In this document: positions 58,133 through 64,000 of the stretch, piece after piece
Layout: each line of letters opens with the position of its first letter
Position numbering within the stretch: position 1 is the first letter of the stretch
DNA from: Ignavibacteriota bacterium
GTDB lineage: Bacteria > Bacteroidota > Ignavibacteria > UBA10030 > UBA6906
Direction: 5' to 3'
Assembly: GCA_963801355.1 (NCBI GenBank)
Contig: CAWDEM010000004.1
Span: forward strand, 1,344,001-1,408,000
Length of the DNA stretch: 64,000 nt
Notes under the pieces: model-generated
Database searches by the model: none
What the model was told of the DNA's origin: nothing
Seen by the model: only the letters and a program-made list of their open reading frames with translations
Program-made: the position numbers and the translations under genes

Positions 58133-59917
58133 GTGCGTCTCCTTGCGTGCACGGCTACCCGTTTCGCCGGACGGTTGGCTGCGCTGCTGCTCGTCGCGAC
58201 GCTGATCATATACCCTCACCGGCTCCCGGCGATGTCCTCTCCCGTGGTGGGAGATGTGACCATCGAGGGAGCTACCGCGTTTACCCCCCGGGAAATCCTC
58301 GCCTGGACAACGCTGCGCTACGGCGCGCCGTATTCCTCTGCGGCCCTGCGCAACGATGTACAGCTCATTGTCGAACGGTTCCGTATCGAAGGTTACCTCA
58401 ATGTCTCTGTGGGTGTGAAGGAGCACTTCACACCGGACAGTTCCACCGTGGACCTCATCTTCCTGATCAAGGAACACCGGAGAATCCTACTGGGAACAGT
58501 GGAATTCCACGGGAACTCCACGATTCCTTCAGAGGATTTGCACGGTCTGCTGGATTCGCGCACGGGTTCGCCCCTGGACCAGGGACTTCTGGAGTCCGAT
58601 GTCGCCGCAATTCTGGCGCGTTATGAACGACAGGGGTATCCGATGGCCCGCTGTACGATCGATTCGCTCGCGGTGATCAGCGGTGCGACAACCGATACGC
58701 TTTCCCTGGCGGTCATGGTCGACGAGGGACCGCGAGTGAGCATTCAGGAGGTGCGCGTTGAAGGCAACCGCGAGACCGCGGCCGGAGTGATACTTCGCGA
58801 GTCGCGCATACGGATGGGCGAACTCTATGATCCGGATCGCATGCAAGCCGTCCGCCAACGTCTCCTCCGGCTGAACATCTTCTCCTCAGTGTCCGAACCT
58901 GAGCTCTACCTCCGGCGGGATGCCGGAGGGGTGCTTCTCCGGGTGCAGGAGGGGAGCACAAATACCTTCGATGGCGTTGCGGGGTACATGCCCGGTACCG
59001 GGTCTGACGACGGGGGATATTTCACCGGTATGGCCGCGTTTTCCATGCGGAATCTCTTCGGTACCGCCCGGAAATTGAATTTCCGGTGGCAGAAGGAAGA
59101 CAGGCATTCGCAGCAGCTGGGCATCGGGTATCTGGAACCGTGGGTACTGGGTATGCCTTTGAACGCGGGCCTTGAATTCCAGCAACGGCGGCAGGACACA
59201 AGCTACGTCAAGCAGGGAGGGAATCTGCGGGCGGAATGGATGCTCTCCGAAGAGCTGGCGGTGAGCATGATCGGCAGTACAGAAAGCGTTATTCCCTCCG
59301 CGGACAGCGCGAGCGCGCGCGTGCCCCGGAGTTCCACGATGGGTGTGGGAGTGGAGGTGATGTACGATACACGTGACGACATCTACAGTCCAGCGAGCGG
59401 GGTCCGCTACCGCGCAGACTACAATTACGGGCGGAAGACGGTGACGACACCCGGGGGGGGTGAAACGGTGTCGGGGGGGGTGCAGCGATTCACGGTGGAT
59501 CTGGACTCCTATCTCTCGCTCTTTTCGCGGCAGGTCGTTGCGCTCGGCATTCATGGCCGGCAGGTGCAGGGGGCCACAGTTGATGAGAGTGAGCTCTACC
59601 GATTCGGGGGCACGAATAGTCTGCGCGGATCACGCGAGCTGCAGTTCGCCGGCACGCGGGTTGGCTGGGTGAATGCGGAGTACCGCTTGCTCCTTGCCCG
59701 CCGGTCATTCCTGTACACGTTTTTCGATGCGGGGTACTACTTCCGTCCTGCAGCCACCCGGCAGGGAATTGCACCCGGACAAGCATTCCAATTCGGTTAC
59801 GGCATCGGTCTCCGGTTTGATTCGCCGGTCGGGAATCTGGGTGTCAGCTTCGCGCTTGGCAGGGGTGATTCATTCGCCCAGGGGAAGATACACGTCGGGA
59901 TACTCAATGAATTCTGA
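58133..59917 (+). CDS. BamA/TamA (Omp85) family outer-membrane protein with POTRA domains
   Basis: About three POTRA-like repeats, [20 protein letters not shown] and C-terminal Phe. GTG start at 58133 gives a signal peptide. Confidence 0.88.
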   Translation: MRLLACTATRFAGRLAALLLVATLIIYPHRLPAMSSPVVGDVTIEGATAFTPREILAWTTLRYGAPYSSAALRNDVQLIVERFRIEGYLNVSVGVKEHFTPDSSTVDLIFLIKEHRRILLGTVEFHGNSTIPSEDLHGLLDSRTGSPLDQGLLESDVAAILARYERQGYPMARCTIDSLAVISGATTDTLSLAVMVDEGPRVSIQEVRVEGNRETAAGVILRESRIRMGELYDPDRMQAVRQRLLRLNIFSSVSEPELYLRRDAGGVLLRVQEGSTNTFDGVAGYMPGTGSDDGGYFTGMAAFSMRNLFGTARKLNFRWQKEDRHSQQLGIGYLEPWVLGMPLNAGLEFQQRRQDTSYVKQGGNLRAEWMLSEELAVSMIGSTESVIPSADSASARVPRSSTMGVGVEVMYDTRDDIYSPASGVRYRADYNYGRKTVTTPGGGETVSGGVQRFTVDLDSYLSLFSRQVVALGIHGRQVQGATVDESELYRFGGTNSLRGSRELQFAGTRVGWVNAEYRLLLARRSFLYTFFDAGYYFRPAATRQGIAPGQAFQFGYGIGLRFDSPVGNLGVSFALGRGDSFAQGKIHVGILNEF

Positions 59918-60545
59918 AGCTCCTCTCGGTTTCGAGCAACTCCTCTGGGGTCGGGGAGTGCAGCACGTTGCGGGCATCGATGAAGCCGGCCGCGGGCCGC
60001 TCGCCGGGCCGGTCGTTGCGGCGGCCGTCATCTTCCCGGCGGGTTGTGTCGTCGAGGGGGTAGATGACTCGAAACGGCTTTCGCCGGCAAGGCGGGAGGA
60101 AGCATTCTCGCGTATTTGCCGGCACGCGCTTGCGGTCGGCATCGGCATCGTCGATCACCGGGTGATTGACGAGATCAACATCTTGCAGGCGACATTGAGA
60201 GCGATGCACATCGCGGTTGACGGGCTGAACCCGCGGCCCTCTCATCTCCTGGTCGACGGCAACCGTTACGCAGGCGGCGACATTCCATTCACGACCATCG
60301 TCGATGGGGATGCACGGTGCCACGCCATCGCTGCGGCATCGATCATTGCAAAAGTCACCCGCGATCGGATCATGGTGGAGCAGGATGTGTTGTACCCGGC
60401 GTACGGATTCGCCCGCCACAAAGGCTATGGCACCGCGCAACACCGGATGGCGATCGAACAGTACGGCCTGTGTCCCATTCACCGCCGCAGCTTCTGCCAC
60501 CTGCACGGAGAGCATAACGATGAGCGTACTTGGCAACTTCGGTGA
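59907..60545 (+). CDS. rnhB: Ribonuclease HII
   Basis: [47 protein letters not shown]. Confidence 0.96.
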   Translation: MNSEAPLGFEQLLWGRGVQHVAGIDEAGRGPLAGPVVAAAVIFPAGCVVEGVDDSKRLSPARREEAFSRICRHALAVGIGIVDHRVIDEINILQATLRAMHIAVDGLNPRPSHLLVDGNRYAGGDIPFTTIVDGDARCHAIAAASIIAKVTRDRIMVEQDVLYPAYGFARHKGYGTAQHRMAIEQYGLCPIHRRSFCHLHGEHNDERTWQLR

Positions 60546-60867
60546 GGAGCTTGCGCGAGAGTACCTTGAAGAACTGGGCATGCGCATTCTTGAGACCAAC
60601 TACCGGTTCCATCATGCGGAGGTGGACATCATCGCTGAGGAAGGCGACCTCCTGGTGTTTTGTGAAGTCAAGACGAGAAGTGACGATCACTTCGGCACTC
60701 CGGAACAGGCGATCACCTCGATGAAAGCCCGCCGGATCCGGAAGGTGGCCTGCGCGTACCTTGCGGCGCAGCGGATTCGCGACCGCCAGTGCAGGTTCGA
60801 TGTCATCGGGATCGTAACACACCGCGGCGTGGCGCGCCTGAACCACCTGCGAAACGCCTTCTGGTAA
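60520..60867 (+). CDS. YraN family (UPF0102) protein
   Basis: GEELA, EVDII, FCEVKTR, RFDVI; typical neighbour of rnhB. Confidence 0.92.
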   Translation: MSVLGNFGEELAREYLEELGMRILETNYRFHHAEVDIIAEEGDLLVFCEVKTRSDDHFGTPEQAITSMKARRIRKVACAYLAAQRIRDRQCRFDVIGIVTHRGVARLNHLRNAFW

Positions 60868-60960
60868 TGCTTGCAGTTCCCGTCTTTTTCTGCAATATTT
60901 CAACGGCGTTGATGAACCTGCACGGACCGGATTTTCCATCCCAGTCGAAGGAATCTTCAG

Positions 60961-62808
60961 ATGCATGCTCTCCCGTTGATACTCATCGCTCTCTGCGTCA
61001 TGAGTATTGCCTACCGGTACTACAGCGCATTCATTGCAGCGAAGTTGTTGGTCCTGGATAACTCACGGGTCACTCCCGCCCACCGCTTTCATGACGGGCA
61101 GAATTACCAGGCGACGAATAAATGGGTGCTCTTCGGCCACCACTTTGCCGCCATTTCGGGAGCCGGTCCGCTCATCGGTCCGGTCCTCGCCGCCCAATTC
61201 GGGTTTCTCCCGGGCTTCCTCTGGCTTGTCGCCGGCGTTGTGATCGCCGGCAGCGTGCATGACTTCACCGTCCTTGTCGCTTCCACCCGCCACGACGGCA
61301 AATCACTCGCCGAGATCGCCCGGAATGAGATCAGCCCCCTTGCCGGTCTCATAGGTTCGATAACGATACTCATTATCCTTGTCATCGCGCTTGCGGGTTT
61401 GGGACTGGCGGTGGTCAACGCCCTGAGCGAAAGCTCATGGGGAACGTTCACGATTGCCATGACCATTCCCATCGCATTGTTCATCGGACTCTGGATGTAC
61501 CGCATCCGTCCCGGGAGAATCGCCGAAGCCAGCATCATCGGTGTGACTGCCGTTGTGGCCTGTGTGGTGCTCGGGAGCTATGTTCCGGGCTCGTTTCTCG
61601 CGCCCTACTTCACCCTCTCCCGGAACGGGATTGTCATCGCCCTCATCGTGTATGGATTTTTTGCCTCGGTCTTGCCTGTCTGGCTGCTCCTCGTGCCGCG
61701 CGATTATCTGAGCTCGTACATGAAAATCGGCACCATTGCCGCCCTCGTGGTCGGCGTGATAGTCGTGAACCCTGTGCTGCAGATGCCCGCGATGACGCCC
61801 TTCGCCGATGGAGGAGGGCCGATCATCGGAGGCAAGCTCTTTCCCTTCCTTTTTGTCACTATTGCCTGCGGCGCGATTTCCGGGTTTCACGCCCTCATTG
61901 CGTCCGGAACTACACCGAAGCTGTTGAACAAAGAGACCGATGCGCGCTTCATCGGCTACGGGGCGATGCTGATGGAGGGATTGGTAGGCATCGTCGCCCT
62001 CATCGCCGCCTGTTCGCTGCACCCCGCAGACTACTTTGCCATCAACCTTCCCGCCGAAAAGTTCGCGCTGCTCGGTATGGTTCCTGTGAATCTTGACATG
62101 CTGTCACGCGAAGTGGGGGAGACGGTGGCCGGCCGGACAGGCGGGGCCGTGTCGCTGGCTGTGGGGTTTGCCCAGATCTTTACCGGCCTGCCGGGCCTGG
62201 CGAAGTTGATGTCATTCTGGTACCACTTCGCCATCATGTTCGAAGCCCTGTTCATTCTTACGACGATCGACGCGGGTACGCGTGTGATGCGCTTTATGGT
62301 GCAGGAGTTTTCCGGCCGGCTCTGGACGCCGATGGAACGCACCAACTGGCTTCCCGGCAATATCATTGCCACGTCAATCGTCGTTGCATCATGGGGGTAC
62401 TTCCTCTGGACGGGAAACATCAGCACCATCTGGCCGATGTTTGGCACCGCCAACCAGCTTCTCGCCGCGGTGGCTCTCTCCGTGACCACGAGCGTGCTGA
62501 TCAACTCACGCAAACAGCGCTATGCGTGGGTGACAATGATCCCGATGGTTTTTGTGGCCGTCACCACGCTGACAGCCGCGGTGCTGAATATCACAGACAC
62601 CTACTGGCCGATGACGGGGAATCCCGCCACGGCAGTGCAGGGGTACGTGAATTGCGCCTTTACCATCGCCATGATTGTTTGTGCGGTTGTGGTGCTGGTC
62701 GAAGCGGGGAGGAGGTGGTACGCGGCGATCGTGTTGGGGCAGTACGAAGTGAAAGTGCAACCCCGTGCGCATTCACATTCCGATCCGCCCATCGTGGGAT
62801 GCTGCTGA
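60961..62808 (+). CDS. cstA: Carbon starvation protein A family peptide/pyruvate transporter
   Basis: [44 protein letters not shown]; ends in ...PPIVGCC. Confidence 0.95.
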   Translation: MHALPLILIALCVMSIAYRYYSAFIAAKLLVLDNSRVTPAHRFHDGQNYQATNKWVLFGHHFAAISGAGPLIGPVLAAQFGFLPGFLWLVAGVVIAGSVHDFTVLVASTRHDGKSLAEIARNEISPLAGLIGSITILIILVIALAGLGLAVVNALSESSWGTFTIAMTIPIALFIGLWMYRIRPGRIAEASIIGVTAVVACVVLGSYVPGSFLAPYFTLSRNGIVIALIVYGFFASVLPVWLLLVPRDYLSSYMKIGTIAALVVGVIVVNPVLQMPAMTPFADGGGPIIGGKLFPFLFVTIACGAISGFHALIASGTTPKLLNKETDARFIGYGAMLMEGLVGIVALIAACSLHPADYFAINLPAEKFALLGMVPVNLDMLSREVGETVAGRTGGAVSLAVGFAQIFTGLPGLAKLMSFWYHFAIMFEALFILTTIDAGTRVMRFMVQEFSGRLWTPMERTNWLPGNIIATSIVVASWGYFLWTGNISTIWPMFGTANQLLAAVALSVTTSVLINSRKQRYAWVTMIPMVFVAVTTLTAAVLNITDTYWPMTGNPATAVQGYVNCAFTIAMIVCAVVVLVEAGRRWYAAIVLGQYEVKVQPRAHSHSDPPIVGCC

Positions 62809-62897
62809 TTGTGCGCCCCGGCGTTTCTCCTGCCGGGGATGCTGCACATGATGTCAGGGGTGAAAGCGTTTGCGGGGGTTTCCCGGATGCCCGATCG

Positions 62898-62928
62898 TGC
62901 GCGTTGCTGCAAGGCAATGCGCATTTTT
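62898..62928 (+). terminator. Intrinsic terminator after cstA
   Basis: TGCGCGTTGC-tgcaag-GCAATGCGCA followed by TTTTT. Confidence 0.7.
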
Positions 62929-63083
62929 GTTGTTGTACCGCTTCACCAGCACGCAATATACCGCCTGCTCGCGTCTGCACGCTCCCGAGGCATCGTTGGG
63001 AGCAAATGCCGCATGTTCACATGTGTAATCGCAGAATGCGGGATGCTGAGGTGTGTGATGTCGGGGCATGGCCATTCAGCATG

Positions 63084-64000
63084 CTATATGTTGACGACGT
63101 TTCTTTTCTCCCCCCGTTGAAACGCTCTTATGTTCTCCGCCACTTCGTTCAATAGCCGGGCTCTGGCGGCAGTGCTGGCCCAGGCGAAGTGCGGAGTGAT
63201 CGAACAGTTCCTGGCCTGCAGGAGGGGTTCCGTCGCCGGCGGCGGTTCTTCCGGGAGGACATCCAATCCGGCTCCGGCGATGGAGCCGCTGTTCAGCGCC
63301 TCGGCGAGGGCATTGCTGTCCACCAGGGGTCCCCTGCTGGTGTTGATCAGATAGGCGGTGGGTTTCATCGAACGAAGTCGATCCCGGTTCACAAGCGCCA
63401 TCGTCGCGGGAGTCAACGGGCAATGGAGCGTGACGACATCGCTTGCCGTAAACAGCTCTTCGAGAGAGACCAGGCGAACCCCCTCAGGAGTCAGGCGGCT
63501 CGCAGCGGGGTCGTAGGCAATCACCTTCATACCGAACGCCAGTGCAATTCCGGCAACAGCGCTGCCGATGCGGCCGAGACCCACTATCCCGAGGACGAGT
63601 CCGGAGAGTTCCATCAACGGGGAATCCCAGAAGCTGAAGTCGGGATTTGACGTCCAGCGGCCGTTCCGCACGGCGGCCGTATGATGGGCCATGCCGTGCG
63701 TGAGGTTGAGGAGATGGGCAAAGACGACCTGTGCCACGGACATTGTGCCGTAGGCGGGGACGTTGGTGACCGGGATCCCCCGTTTCCCCGCCGCTTCCGT
63801 ATCAACGATATTGTAGCCGGTTGCCAGCACCCCGATGTAGCGGAGATCCGGAAGTGCATTGATGGACGCCCCGGAAATCGGAGTCTTGTTCGTCAGGAGC
63901 ACGTCGGCAAGGGCGCTGCGTCCGAGCACCTCGGAGGGTGCCGTCCGGTCAAATATGACGCAGTCGCCAAGAGTAAGCATGACATCCCAGCTGAGGTCGC
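63084..64000 (-). CDS. D-2-hydroxyacid dehydrogenase (glycerate dehydrogenase/hydroxypyruvate reductase-like), 5' end outside the window
   Basis: GLGRIG, LHCPLT, INTSRG, GLDV, ITPHFAW. The frame is open to the window edge (DLSWD upstream of the listed Met). Confidence 0.92.
   Translation of the reverse strand, partial: DLSWDVMLTLGDCVIFDRTAPSEVLGRSALADVLLTNKTPISGASINALPDLRYIGVLATGYNIVDTEAAGKRGIPVTNVPAYGTMSVAQVVFAHLLNLTHGMAHHTAAVRNGRWTSNPDFSFWDSPLMELSGLVLGIVGLGRIGSAVAGIALAFGMKVIAYDPAASRLTPEGVRLVSLEELFTASDVVTLHCPLTPATMALVNRDRLRSMKPTAYLINTSRGPLVDSNALAEALNSGSIAGAGLDVLPEEPPPATEPLLQARNCSITPHFAWASTAARARLLNEVAENIRAFQRGEKRNVVNI

Noticed and set aside
62809-63083. tRNA-Sec (selC) or another structured RNA in the cstA-dehydrogenase gap
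   Set aside because: Only isolated hairpins; I could not build a cloverleaf, UCA anticodon arm or T-loop. An Infernal/tRNAscan-SE run would settle it.
62806-63120. Selenocysteine readthrough of the cstA TGA into the in-frame 103-codon ORF (62809-63120)
   Set aside because: The extension resembles no protein I recognise, contains an intrinsic terminator (62898-62928) and overlaps the convergent dehydrogenase. The hairpin is also closer to the UGA than a typical SECIS. A plain stop is more parsimonious.

Overview
GC-rich (roughly 60%, by eye) bacterial chromosomal window, densely packed and mostly on the + strand. Gene content (rhomboid with a C-terminal LDKIS tail, GWxTD protein, stand-alone gatB and sucC, lipid A genes) suggests a Gram-negative of the FCB group, possibly Ignavibacteria-like; this is inference. 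Most genes are housekeeping: uvrB, gap, pgk, tpiA, ispG, ispD, folD, smc, lpxB, lpxK, ppdK, queA, plsY, gpsA, hppA, recG, dnaG, cdsA, rimO, rnhB, cstA. The main hidden feature is at the left end. A minus-strand operon starts with a 52-aa membrane peptide whose in-frame UGA (4194-4196) lies in a U-x-x-C motif (ATL-U-LDCIGIS) and is followed 11 nt later by a perfect SECIS-like hairpin. A membrane 4Fe-4S protein, selA and selB follow, so a probable selenoprotein missed by the ORF track is co-transcribed with its decoding machinery. A second notable system is a four-gene cluster with its own promoter (two D-Ala-D-Ala-ligase-like ATP-grasp enzymes, a GNAT and a KamA-type radical SAM aminomutase) whose product I cannot assign. 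Other oddities are a probably inactive GH2 fused to a multi-TM domain and coupled to smc, a deoxyhypusine-synthase-like orphan, a CstA with a Cys-Cys tail, and short coupled upstream ORFs before recG and the ATP-grasp cluster. I saw no rRNA, tRNA, CRISPR array or mobile element.
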